A DNA stretch of 64,000 nucleotides from Octopus sinensis (lineage: Eukaryota). Of the stretch, positions 1 to 12,260 are shown one piece after another. The stretch is from the NCBI RefSeq assembly GCF_006345805.1, contig NC_043012.1, forward strand, positions 41,044,001 to 41,108,000, read 5' to 3'. Both the position numbers and the translations under genes were made by a program. Numbering within the stretch: the stretch's first letter is position 1; each line of letters begins with the position of its first letter. Below the pieces are notes generated by a model. It had not been told where the DNA came from, made no database searches, and saw only the letters and a list, made by a program, of their open reading frames with translations.

Positions 1-900
1 TAAAAATATACAATCGCATCGTCGAAAACTCGAAATTACGAGATAACGCATGATTAACTCTTAAACGAGCCATATTCGGCCCGGATATTCTGTTTTATGT
101 TCAAACCGGCCAGATCCAGCCTCTCGAATCTCTCCCATCACACCAAACCTACAACCACATTATCGAAATCACAAAATCTACGGGATAGTCTTTTCTACTC
201 CAGGCACAAGGCCCGACATTTTTTGTTTGGGGTGGGGAGCCAGTTGATTACATCGATCCTAGTATGCAACTGTTACTTAATTTATCGACCCCGAAATGAT
301 GAAAGGCAAAGTCGACCTCTGCAGAATTTGAACCCACCACTAAAAATATTAAGTGCCGAATCAGTTGTATTATTAAAGCGTCAGTTGAATTTCAGTTACT
401 CTTTTCACTGCAGCTCGCAGCTTTGTGGGTTCGAATCCTATAGAAGTCATGTTTGCTTTTTTTTCTTTTTCGTTTTGGCATCGATAAATAGAGAACCAGT
501 CGAGTACTAAGTTCAATTCTCCTCTCTGTCGGGATCCACCAAGTTGCTCTCTGCGGGAGAATACCATTAAGAATTATTCCCAGAATCGCTTTCTCCAAAA
601 TCAGTGAAGCAGGGAGTGAGAGTGGTGGGGGACGAAAACAAACACAAAGTCACACACACACACATAGATATACATCTGTATATACTACGAGCTTCTTTCA
701 GTTTCCGTCCATCAAATCCGCTTACATGGCTTTGGTCGGCTCGGGGCTATGGTAGAAAACAGAAAGCCAAGGTGTCACGCTAACGTTTCAGCCAGCTCGC
801 CGCCAGAAACTACGAGATAATGCATCTTTAATGTAAAACAACGTGAATAAATGAAGCATTGCATTTGACAGAGTAATGTGAATGGTGAAGAGCTTCTGTC
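1..900. mobile_element. Fragmented piggyBac-like MITE pieces interrupted by SINEs
   Basis: The motif (t)acgagataa(c/t)gcat recurs at about 38 and about 830; segments 1-170 and 825-895 resemble a recalled TTAA-flanked octopus MITE. Confidence 0.35.
190..337 (-). mobile_element. SINE family A, 3' half
   Basis: gcacaaggccc...gatgaaaggcaaagtcgacctc. Confidence 0.8.
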
Positions 901-1859
901 AGCACAGTCGTTAGTTTTGTTTGTCTCCCCCTCGCAACTAAATTAGTGTTGTGTGATTAAAGATGTAACAGATCAATATCTATCAATTATACAAATACAA
1001 TATTTTATTAGAGCTAATGACTTATATTGACCAAGGAACTTCTCGAATTAAACCCCGCCATTGATATTTGTTTTGGACTTTTCCCGCGCTTCTCGTGGCT
1101 TCACTCATTGGGGTTGTGGTTACACCGAAACACCGACTTCGAGGGATTTAATCGATCAGATTGATTATATTGATCTAGTATTTATTCCAGCTTGTTTCCT
1201 ATTTTCCTCATCTCTATTTATCGATGTCACGGCTCATAAATGACAAAAACATAATCAAAATGATGGTTTGAACCGGTAGAAGCGTAAAACAAACATGGCC
1301 GCATATACGTACGCACAAATTCATACGGAGATATACACACGTATGTCACTTTCTCTCTCTCTCTCTCATATATTATATATATAATATATATTAACACGTA
1401 TCTTTCTCTCTCTTTCTATTTTATATATATATATATCTGTTATATATACACACACACACATACATACATATATAAATTATATATATATATATTATATATA
1501 TATATATATAATATATACATACATACATATATATGCACACAGACACACACACACATTTTGTTTGCCTGGGGAGAGACTTTCTGTCTTAATGCCTTATTAA
1601 TCAACGCACTCACCGGTTCAATTTCCGCTCATTTACTTATCTATATTTTAAAAAATTTTCGTTGCTTCTCGCAGCCTCTCCAAGGGATGCGTCTTTTTGT
1701 TTGTGTGTATGTGTGTACGTCAGTGTGCATAAGTGTATACACATATGCATGTATGTATGCTTGCCTTCGTGTGTGTGTGTATGTATGTGTGTGTATATAT
1801 ATTTGTATGTGTCTCCTTGTCTGTGCATGTTTGAGTGTCTTTGCGCATGGGTTTCGGTG

Positions 1860-1944
1860 TATATATATATATATATGTAATATATATATATATGTATATT
1901 ATATATATATATTATATATATATATATATATATATTATATAATA

Positions 1945-1993
<49 letters not shown>

Positions 1994-2004
1994 GTATATA
2001 TATG

Positions 2005-2035
<31 letters not shown>

Positions 2036-2168
2036 GTATATATATATATGTATATATATATGTATATATATATATGTGTATGTATATGTATACATAAGTG
2101 TATACACACACACATATATATATATATGTATACACATAAGTGTATACACACACACACATATATATATA

Positions 2169-2216
<48 letters not shown>

Positions 2217-2220
2217 ACAC
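1860..2220. repeat. (TA)n-rich compound microsatellite
   Basis: Direct reading; source of several YI-repeat ORFs. Confidence 0.97.
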
Positions 2221-2602
2221 ACATATCCATGAGACTGGCCTGGCATCAGCCTACAAAATTATGCAAATTTACTTTGCCTAAACTTACATCTAGTGTGCGT
2301 TTTTTTTTATGCTACATATAAAGATGTAATTTTCTGACGACCAGCCATATTGAGACTGTTCCCTTCTGACGAGGTTCAACAGAGCGAAACCAGAGTACAT
2401 AGCTGTCCGTTCCCTGCAACAATGATCAGATTATCTTTCCCCTATCATATAAGTTAATAAGGAATAGTTGCTATCGATTACTTTTAGGATTTTGGTTTCT
2501 GCGTTTCAGTCACTTTGGAAAATTTTCAAAATAAACGTGATCAGCTTTTAATCAATCAACCAATAGTTACTTACATTCACACATACACAGAATATATGTA
2601 TG

Positions 2603-2648
<46 letters not shown>

Positions 2649-4137
2649 TACACACACATACATATATATATACACAAGCATATATATATACATACATATA
2701 ATATGTAATATATATATATATATACATACATATATATATATATACACATATACATATATATATATAATATATATGTTATATATATATATATATATAATAT
2801 ATGCATAAAACGAATCGCAGGTGTCACCGAGCGTATAGCGGAATACAGGTAAAAAAAAAATATATATTTCTAAGTGACAAACACTATGATCGAACCTGGA
2901 AAAATTTAGTTTCGAAGCCAAAACGGCACTGAATGAGTGTACAGGAGATACTCGTATATCACACGCCATACATCGTCCAACAGATATTCAATTCTGTGTT
3001 CAGTCTAGAGTCAAGTTAAAGAAATCTATTGTCGTTTGTTTTATTTCATAGACACAATGATACTGGAATTTATATTCTCTATTAAAATCTAATTTATTTA
3101 CAGTTAATTTTGTTTACTTTCAACATTCTTATTGAATATTCTTCGGTTAAGGCATTTTAAGTTCTATATATTCATCGAGGTATTAATTTTCAATTTAATT
3201 TTTTTAGTTCATTTTATAAATTTCAGGCCATACTTTCTTTGGTGGTTAGCTATAATTAAGTGAAAAGTTTAATCAATATTTTCCTTACTCGTCTAATGCT
3301 ATTTTTTGCCAATTTAGATTTTTTGACTTTTAATTATAATATCAACAATATTCCAAACTGATAGGAAACTATTTGGTGTACCAAATCGTTTTTTATGCTA
3401 CCTCTATACGTTGTGAAGATGTGTATGTGTGTGTGTGTGTGGAAGGGGTGGTCTGTGTTTGTGTGTTCTGTTTTGGAACGGCGAAATCTACTGTTCCAAG
3501 AAAGAATTATTTTACGTTTTCTCGAAATTCATAAAATTTCTTATGACGTCAAAATGGATAGTGCAATTCAAAGGACTGCTTTAGTCTTATTGCAGAACAC
3601 CTATCATGATTTACAGGAGATGTAGGTTCGAGTCCAAGGAATACCTTCAACTTTTTGTATCCAAAGGATTATTTTAACCCATAATTTACCCGCTATTTTC
3701 TTCGAGATCCACCATACGCCAAAACAAAAATAAAAAAAAAATCTCTCGAAGTCTGCAAATTTTTATAGATATATATTTGAAAGGGATTACATTCTGTAGT
3801 TTATTCTTAAAGCCGTCGCAGACAAGCCATGCTGGAGCATCCGGTTCAGTTATATTCAGATTCAATTGTTTAGAGACTCGTAGTTCTGTTTTTTTCCAGA
3901 TCTTTTATGGATAATATAACATTTGAAAAAGCTGAGATTTTATTGTTGCGGATGTAGCATTGACATTCTCAAATCTGTGTTTCTCATTAATGATTTAATT
4001 GGATGTCTAACTCTAAAACGTTTAATTGTTGGTATGACATTTCGGATTAGATAATCATACATAATAGCTTACTTGTGTCGAGATTACGGTGCAAAACATC
4101 TATCATATTCTTGTCTTAATAATTGTGATTTTCGTTA

Positions 4138-4740
4138 AGGCACCGACGTGGCAGAAGCGTTAGCACGCCAGGCGAAATGCTTAGCGGTTTTTCGTCTGCC
4201 GTTACGTTCTGAGTTCAAGTTCCGCCGAGGTCGACTTTGCCTTTCATCCTTTCGGAGTCGATAAATTAAGTACCACTTGCGTACTGGGGTCGATCTAATC
4301 GACTGTGCCCCCTCCCCTAAAATTTCGAGCCTTTTGCTTAGAGTAGAAAAATTAAACCTCATGTCCTCCCTTATTTAGGCATATTTTAAAATACGGTCTG
4401 AGTTTAAATTCCGCCGAGGTCGACTTTGCCTTTCATCCTTTCGGAGTCGATAAATTAAGTACCAATTGCGTAATTGGGTCGATCTATTCGACTGGTCCCC
4501 TTCCCCAAAATTTCGAGCCTTGTGCCTAGAGTGGAAAAGAACCATTAGCACGCCAGGCAAAATGCTTAGCGGCATTTCATCCGTCTTTACGTTCTGAGTT
4601 CAAATTCCACCGAGGTTGACTTCGCTTTTCATCCTTCCTAGATCGATAAAATACTTGCCAGGTGAGCACAGGGGCAGGTCAATGAAATCGATTTATACTT
4701 CCCCTGAATTTGCTGGCCTTGTACCAAAATTTAAAACCAA
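4138..4740 (+). mobile_element. SINE family A (tRNA-derived head; central gtcgactttgcctttcatcctttcgg domain): three tandem copies, 4138-4350, 4396-4541, 4545-4740
   Basis: Repeated consensus ggcagaa.cgttagcacgcc.ggcgaaatgcttagcgg...ttctgagttcaaattccgccgaggtcgactttgcctttcatcc...gggccttgtgcctagagtagaaa. Confidence 0.9.
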
Positions 4741-4789
4741 GAATTGTAACTGCCATTCAATATAATGCAATTAGTTGAATATTGTTTCG

Positions 4790-5190
4790 ACGCATCGGGC
4801 ATGGCTGTATGGTCCAGACGCTCACTTTACGACCACGTAGTTTGAAGTTCAATCCCACTGCGCAGTATTTTTTTAGCAAGCATATTATAGCCTTGAACCG
4901 ACGAATATCGTCTGAGTGAATTTGGTAAACGGAAACTATGTGGAAGATCATCGTGTATGCGTGTATGTGTGTGTGTGTTTGTGTTTGTGTTTGAGTTTGT
5001 CCCTCCACCGTTTGAAAACCAGTGCTGGTTTGTTTACATCCTAGTAATTTATTATTCGGGAAAAGAAATTGATAGAATACGTACCAGACTTTAAAAAGTG
5101 CTGCGGTAGATTTGTTTGAGTAAAATCTTTAAGGCAGTGCCCCAGTATGGCTTCAGTGCAATGACTGAAACAAGAAAATGATGAAAGATT
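4790..5190 (+). mobile_element. SINE family B copy
   Basis: aagttcaatcccactgcgc...tttggtaaacggaaact...(TG)...aatgactgaaacaag. Confidence 0.78.
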
Positions 5191-5709
5191 TCGTTGTGTG
5201 CTATATAGATTACAGCCACGGGAAAAGTAAGGTTCATTGGAGTAATTTGTCGTGAGGAGGAAGCGTTTTCAGAGTTTTGTATGTTTCCTTAACTTGCAAT
5301 TAAATTTGCGTTCGCCTAGTGAACACTTTGGTAAATTCAATATTCCCTCTTTGAGAAAGAACATATATCCGAAACGTTAAGTTTTTTTGTTTTCTCTCTT
5401 TCGGAAAATAAATTCACAGAACTCTTCTACAAACTCTCATATTGATGCATATTTCTTGACCTGACCATTAGTATTTTCATAAAATCCGATTTGTGCATAT
5501 CAAAGACAGGTTAATTCCTGTCACAGAGATTGCTCAATCTTATCTAATCTGACCTAATAAATCGAATATCGAATTAAAGGGAAAGGACAGTTTTCATTGT
5601 AAGAATATATGAATGTGTAGATATATGTGTTTGTGTATGTGTGTGTATGTGTGTGTGTGTGCTTACACGTGTGCGTATATTTGCGTGTGTGTGTGTATGC
5701 ATGTGTGTA

Positions 5710-6218
5710 TTCATTCTTTCTTTTATTCTTTTACTTGTGTCTGCCATTTGACTACCGCCATGTTGGAGCACCATCTTGAAGGGTGTTAGTCGAATAAATC
5801 GACCCCAGGACTTATTCTTCGTAAGCTTAGTACTTATTTTATCGGCACCTTTTGCCGAACCGCTAAGTTACGGGGACGTAAATACACCAGCGTCAGTTGT
5901 CAAGCGATGGTGGGGCCAAACACAAGAACACACACTCAATATATATATATATATATATATATGTGTATATATATATATATGTATATGTGAATATATATAT
6001 GTGTTTATATATGTATATATATATGTATATATGTATATATACATATACATATATACGATGACGGACTTCTTTCAGTTTCCGTCTACCAGATCCATTCACA
6101 AGGCTTTGTTCCGCCCGACGCCATAGTGGAAGACACTTGCCCAATGTAACACGCAGCAAGACTGAACCCGAAACCATGTGCTTGGGAAGCAAGCTTCTTA
6201 CCACACAGCCACGCCTTA
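5710..6218 (-). mobile_element. SINE family B, full length (tRNA head, CORE-like domain, internal TA/TG microsatellite, 3' domain)
   Basis: Reverse complement of the 38611-39045 layout. Confidence 0.88.
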
Positions 6219-6248
6219 ACCAATATATATATATATTATATATATATA

Positions 6249-6306
<58 letters not shown>

Positions 6307-6375
6307 GACATAGATACGCACACACACAAATATATGCGTATATAGTTCAACATACATAGATAAGTGCAATATTTG

Positions 6376-6830
6376 CACACCATCAGAGTTATGTCATGAA
6401 GTCAGTGGGTGTCTGAGATTTTGCACCATACACGTTACCCGGGCGACCTGACGTAAGTTGGTCAAGCCTAGGCTAGTGTCAAGGCTAGTGGCATACAAAT
6501 GACACCAATAATCACTCTCCTTTTAACCAGACTAATTTAGATATATTCTCAGCAGTCACTATGTTTTCCTTGATGACTCTTCTGCTCGTTCCAGTAAGGC
6601 CCGTCCTTCCATAGGCCTTATTCAAAGAACGATCTGCCAACCTTCACAAACAAACATCTGATTGTCTACCCGTTCTTGCAGCAGTCCTCCAGGAACTCCT
6701 GCAACCTAACTCTGTTCCTCTATTTTGTTTCCTCCGCCCTCTCTCCACACAGAGAACAGTTGTTGTCTTGGAAACCAACACGATATCTCGTCTTTAGTAA
6801 GTTCTGGGCGACATGTTGGGAACTTGTAAC
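6376..6830 (-). mobile_element. HERO-like non-LTR retrotransposon (restriction-like endonuclease), 3' relic
   Basis: Minus strand gives RAEETK*RNRVRLQEFLEDCCKNG and, after a frameshift, KAYGRTGLTGTSRRVIKENIVTAENISKLVWLKGE* (6512-6619). This resembles the recalled HERO C-terminus (ERKRAKYQELVEQC; KAYTTLGITG...ASRWLWLKRGE). A 3' UTR-like tail follows. Confidence 0.68.
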
Positions 6831-6934
6831 CACATACACTCACATATGTACAAACTTATACTCATAATACAGCTAGCACGCTAGAAACGCCGGTTAATGG
6901 AGTCAGGCCTGCCTTATATATAAATAAATACGAT

Positions 6935-7315
6935 AAATGCTCATGCAAAGAAAAATCAAAATGTCCTTTGATGGATCTCTGTATGAGTACAAATCTTGTA
7001 TATAAATGTACTGTGCACACAAGGGGAGGGCACTGTGTTTACATTTGGCAGATGGCTGATTCATTTAAGAATCGTTATCGTAACCATGTTGCCAGCTCTA
7101 AGACAATCATTAAGAGACATTCAACATCTTTGGCAGATTTTGTATGGCGACTGAGGGAGGATAAAACGAAGTACAGCATTAATTGGTCCACAGTAAGGTA
7201 TGCAAAACCATACAATATAATTTCCAGGAGATGCCGTCTCTACTCCGAGGAATCCCTGTCTATTCTGTGGACTAACGAGAAGATCATTAATAGAATTTCT
7301 GAACGACTCTTGTGA
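6935..7315 (+). mobile_element. Penelope-like element, GIY-YIG endonuclease relic
   Basis: KCSCKEKSKCPLMDLCMSTNLVYKCTV...VYIW...SFKNRYRNH...STSLADFVWRLRED...YSINWS...AKPYNIISRRCRLYSEE follows the PLE pattern CxC...CPL..C....VY...YIG...FK.RY.NH...RC.LC..E. Stops follow at 7313. Confidence 0.88.
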
Positions 7316-7703
7316 TGACTACACGTATATAAATGTACTTTCGCACAATGCAATGAGAATGAATTTTGAGTAACCGTTAACTTAATTTAATTTACTTTAA
7401 GGTATGGACGACTTAAGTTTACTTTTAACCTCTCCATTCTCATAAACACCAAATAAATAACTAACTAGCTTTGTGATCAGGAGTGCACCTACCCTCACGT
7501 GTGCTTATGCTCACATTTTTGCGGATGTACTCGCGCCATGCAGCTTTCCCGAGGGCGTTTATACATCCATATCTGTTAACGGTGGTTTTTAATACTTTTC
7601 TCGCTGGATTATGTGTTCGTTTCTATTTTTGTCGTCTGCAATTTTATGTTTGATCTTCTACATAATTGAAGATATTTCCTCCGTCTGGCTGTTTTTCTAC
7701 AAT

Positions 7704-8030
7704 AGCGACAGCATGAATTTCTTCCATCTTATTACTGTGTTAAAATATTTAAAAAAAATTATATTAATGTGTCCTACTTGTAAACAATTCTATATTTTGT
7801 GGAGTTGAAGATAGCACTGCATTTAAATTGATGTAATGACTGCAGTGTTCGATTAAATGAAGTCTCTTGAAACGGTCGTACTGCATTTCTACGTATTTTA
7901 ATTATATAATCAACATGCGTAGTTATCTTCAACTCCACAAAATATAGAATGTTTTAACAAGTAGGACACATTAATATAATTGTTCTTAAATATTTTAACA
8001 CAGAAGATGGAAGAAATTCGCACTGTCGCT
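7704..8030. mobile_element. Fold-back element with about 110-bp inverted arms, downstream of the Penelope relic
   Basis: 7704-7820 versus the reverse complement of 7916-8030; the spacer contains GCAGT...GAAACGGTCGTACTGC. Confidence 0.82.
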
Positions 8031-9062
8031 CTTGTAGCAAAGTGGCTAAGAATAGACTACCATTTCTTAGAATAGCATGTAGCAGATATGGAGTGTGCCT
8101 TTGTGTTTGTGATTGACCCCCATCACATCTTAACAACCGGTGTTGCTGTGTTTACGTCTCCGGAACATTGCGGTTCGGATCAAAAGACCGATAGAATAAG
8201 TACCAGGCTTTTAAAAGTTAAGTAGTGGAATAGATTCATTCGACTAAATATTGTTCAAGGCGATGTGGCAACATGGCCGCAGTCTAATGACTGAAAGAAG
8301 CAAAACATAAAAAGATATATGTGTGTGTGTATGTGTGTCTGTGTATGTTTGTGTGTTCGTGTGCGTTTGTATGTGTTTCTGTGTGTATTTGTGTATTTGT
8401 ATGTGTGTATATGTGTGTGTGTTTGTGTGTTCGTATGGGTTTGTCTGTGTGTGTTTGTGTGTGATTGCTTGTGTGTGTTCGTCTGAGTGTACGTGTGTTT
8501 GTACCTGTGCGTGTATATGTTACACTTTCTCAGAAACCATACATTTTCGACTCCATTCCAACACAATCCGCTAAATTTTGAAATAAAATTCGTGTTATTC
8601 TTTATAAAATTGATAATCGTGCCGAATATTTCCATCGCAGTTATTTTTAAATATCATTAAATTTACAAATGTTGCTTAATGTGGTGTCAAACATGGTAGG
8701 CATTGGTGTAGGAGAGTGGCAGAGATAGAAATGAAAGAGAAAACTAGACGTGGGATTGTTATGGATAGAATAATTAGGGTGAAAACTTTGTTAATTATGA
8801 TTAAAAACGGAATTATTTCCATGTGGGAATATCTGAAATGTTAATGGATGCTACTGATCATGTTACGTGGTTATGAAAAATATAATATTGATTATATAAA
8901 AAAGACTAAATTAGATCTAAACGAGGGGAGAAAAGAAAATATTGTACATTAATTTTGAGCTTTGTTTGGTAAAACAAATTCAATTAAGTAACTTTGCTCA
9001 CGATATGGTGCGGAATTGGTATTGCAAATAAACCATTCTCCAAGTGACTGCTCTTCGTGTAT

Positions 9063-9995
9063 TGGTTTCAAATTTTGGCACAAGGCCAGCAATTTAGAGG
9101 TAGGGGTAAGTTGATTACACCGATCTCAGAGCTCAACTGGGACTCATTTTATGGACCCAGAAAGAATATAAAGCAAAATTGGCCTTAGCGGAGTTTGAAC
9201 TGAAAACGTAAAGACAGACGAAATGCCGCTAAGCATTTTGCCCAGCGCGGTAACGGTTAATTGTTGCTCTACATATTAGCATTCAATTATGCCTGGAATT
9301 TTAAGGGAGGGATTAAATGGATTAAATCAACTCCAGTGCACAACTGGTACTTATTTTTTTGACCTCGAAAGAATGAGTGGCAGAGTTGACCTCGGAAGCA
9401 TTTGAATCCAGAGCATGAAGTTGGTTTCAATAATAATAAAATTGTAAGGCTGCGAACTGGCAGAATCGTTAACACGCTGGGCGAAATGCTTACCGGCATT
9501 TCGTCCGTCTTTAAGTTCTGAGTTCAAATTCCACCGAGATCGACTTTGCCTTTCATCCTTTCGGGTCGATAAATTAAGTACCAGTTGCGTACTGGGGTCG
9601 ATGTAATCGACTGCCCCCTCCTCCAAAATTTCGCGCCTTGTGCCTAGATTAGAAAAGAATAATAATAATATTGTATTGAGAATATCCAGCGCATTGCCAT
9701 CCTCTTGATCAATATGGAATCATTTTCCAGTCCATTTTACTTCCATCTCATTCTTCGTTCTTCTCTATCCAACTATTCTTTTCTTTTCTACTTTAGATAC
9801 AAGGCCCGAGATTTTTGGGGAGGGTGTCAGTCGATTAGATCGACCCCAGGACGCCATTGGTACTTAATTTATCGACCACGAAAGGATGAAAGGCAAAGTC
9901 CATCTGAGCAGAATTTGAACTCAGAACATAAAGACAGACGAAATACTGTTAAGCTTGTCGCCCGGCGCGCTAACAATTCTGCCAGCTCGCCGCCT
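9063..9995. mobile_element. SINE family A cluster: 9063-9258 (-), 9290-9410 (-), 9446-9660 (+), 9785-9995 (-)
   Basis: Same consensus in alternating orientations. Confidence 0.88.
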
Positions 9996-10329
9996 TTTTC
10001 TCCCCAACTATTATAACCTCTCTTCCCGAAACTTATCTCGCTAAATATCACCTCTACCGAAGCTTAGTCCCCTCGTTCCAGTAAGCAATTTTTACCAATC
10101 TATAATCTCCGGTGCGCCGTCCCCCTGGTTGCCCCAATCTTCCATATTTTTCCTGCTGCTGTCTTCCTCCAGTCCTTCAAACGAGTCTGATTAGGGCGAT
10201 GCGTTCTCAGGAAAATCTGCTAAAAATATTCAATAAGGAAACTGAAATTACAAAGCTAAAACTACACACCAATTTATAACTCAAATTATTCAACATATGA
10301 TTTAGATAGCTTGATACAAAGCAATGTAT

Positions 10330-10625
10330 AGGCGTGTGGCTTAGTGGTGAGGGTGCTGTACTTCCAATCGCAAGGTCATGGTTTCGATTCTCAGATCAGC
10401 TGTACGCTGCGTTCTTGAGCAAAACATTATATTTCACTCTGCTCTAGTCCCCTGAGCTGCAAATAACCAGCGCTGCAACGGATGTTCCTTGAGTCAAGAG
10501 GGAATTTTTTGCCTCCCCACCAAATCAGCGGGTTTGGCATAATTGGAAAGCTAAACAATGCGAGAAAAAGCATTGTGACAAGCGGTGTATAACAACATCT
10601 GATAGTCTAATCGACACAGCAGTAC
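10330..10625 (+). mobile_element. SINE family C-related copy
   Basis: gtggcttagtgg...gtttcgattc...ttcttgagcaaaacattatatttcac...gcattgtgacaagcg; homologous to 43210-43480 (+) and 41128-41235 (-). Confidence 0.75.
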
Positions 10626-12074
10626 AGTGACATAAAGTTATGATTCCACAAACAGACTACTTCTTCGTCTGGAGGGTGACACCAGCCGTGGTTGCGTGCT
10701 CAACAAATCAGTTTGTTATCCTGTAAATTCGTGCTCAGTTTTTCTGTGCAAATTCATAGGTAAAATCTTGTACCCTTGGGCAGGAACGACGGGAAATAAA
10801 ATATTTTGCTGAAGAACACAACCGATCCGGAAATCGAAACCACGATCTAACGACCTGGAGTGCAACTCTACTACTATTCAGCCACACACATGACTGTATA
10901 TGGAGCTCTGTAAGTTATATGTCAGATGTCTTTAGTAATAAACCTACTTCTCAAAGACCTACAAGTGGGATTTGGTTGGCATAAACTATGCGGTGTTCTG
11001 CCGAGGAAATAATCGTTTCTGTTGATGATGATAGATGTAATCCCTCATTTGGTTGAACCCTGCCACCTGACCCTCAAGAACATTGAGTGGGGTCTACGCA
11101 GTTATTGGCGCAGGGTTAATAGCTCGCTATGCAGTCATGAATCTCCGGTTTTGAATCCTTGGATAAATGTAAGCTTCCATAACCTTGGGTCTATCAATAG
11201 TTTATGAGTGGGAGTAGGGTGACGGAGACTGCATGGAAGCCCAGCAGATGGATTTCCGCACCTGTAATTCAAAGCCCCAGCACCGTCAAACACTGTATCA
11301 CACTGACTTACATTGAGGATAGGCCATGTCTGAGGAATACTCAACCACTTATATGCTACTTCAATGCTTTTGGTCGTTCAGTTGGCCAAACAACAGAACA
11401 CTCTTGGTCAGAAATTCTGACCCCATCTTATAATTATTCTCCCAGGTTGTGCTTTTCAGGCTAAATTTCCTACTTACCCTTACCTCTCTCGGAGCACTGC
11501 AAGATCTGCTTCCTCTAAATCAATAAAAGAAAAACGCCAACAAACCAGTTATGGAAAACAGCACGAAAAAAATAGCGATGCCCCAGCATGGCCACAACCT
11601 CAGCGCTGAAACATTCAAAAGAATAAAAGAATGTTCTGTTATTCTCCTCTTTATTGACTTTGTACTATCGATTCTACACACAATAGTTATTCGGCCAAAC
11701 ACTATATTTATCTATAGAAAATATGGAACGTTATTTTAATGAACTCCATCAAACCGAAATAGATATATTGTGGTTAAAGATGAGGAAAACATAATAGAAA
11801 TAAATACGTTAATAGAGAAGCATATACTTAATTATTTCCTAATTATAATTATTTAAGTTTTTGAAAAAGAATTTCGGTCATTCTGCGAATTTTTGAATTA
11901 AAAATTCGCTTTTAATGGTTGAATTTGAACCACATATAAAACTATAAATAATAGCGTGTAATGTTGGGTAAAAAAATCCTTTTGAATACAAAAACACCAA
12001 GGCTGCTAGTGGGACTTGAACCTGTATGTTCTCGTCTTCCACGGGCAACCTTTGACTGTTTCTATTCAAAAGGG

Positions 12075-12260
12075 TGTGCAAAATGCTTAGCGGTATTTCG
12101 TCTGTCTTAACGTTCTGAGTTCAAATTCCGCCGAAGTTGACTTTGCCTTTCATCCATTCGGGGTCGATAAATTAAGTACCAGTTGCGTACTGGGAACGAT
12201 CGAATCGACTGGCCCCATCGCCTCCTAAAATTTCGGGCTTTGTGCAAGAGTAGAAAAGAG
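12075..12260 (+). mobile_element. SINE family A copy
   Basis: aaatgcttagcggtatttcgtctgtc...gtagaaaaga matches the consensus. Confidence 0.88.

Noticed and set aside
1558-2321. Long ORFs rich in YI/MYVC/THT/LSIY repeats (also at 17.3-18.7, 21.1-22.9, 45.0-45.6, 55.2-55.7, 57.0-57.5 and 60.9-61.5 kb)
   Set aside because: They are translations of (TA)n, (TG)n, (TATG)n, (TATC)n and (AAT)n microsatellites that lack stops by construction.
3575-3650. tRNA-like segments with B-box GGTTCGAGTCC (also 12008-12020 on the minus strand and 35770)
   Set aside because: No complete cloverleaf; these are best explained as SINE or tRNA-pseudogene heads.
10000-10260. GC-richer minus-strand segment with splice-like ends as an antisense exon
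   Set aside because: All three frames contain stops or give no recognisable protein.
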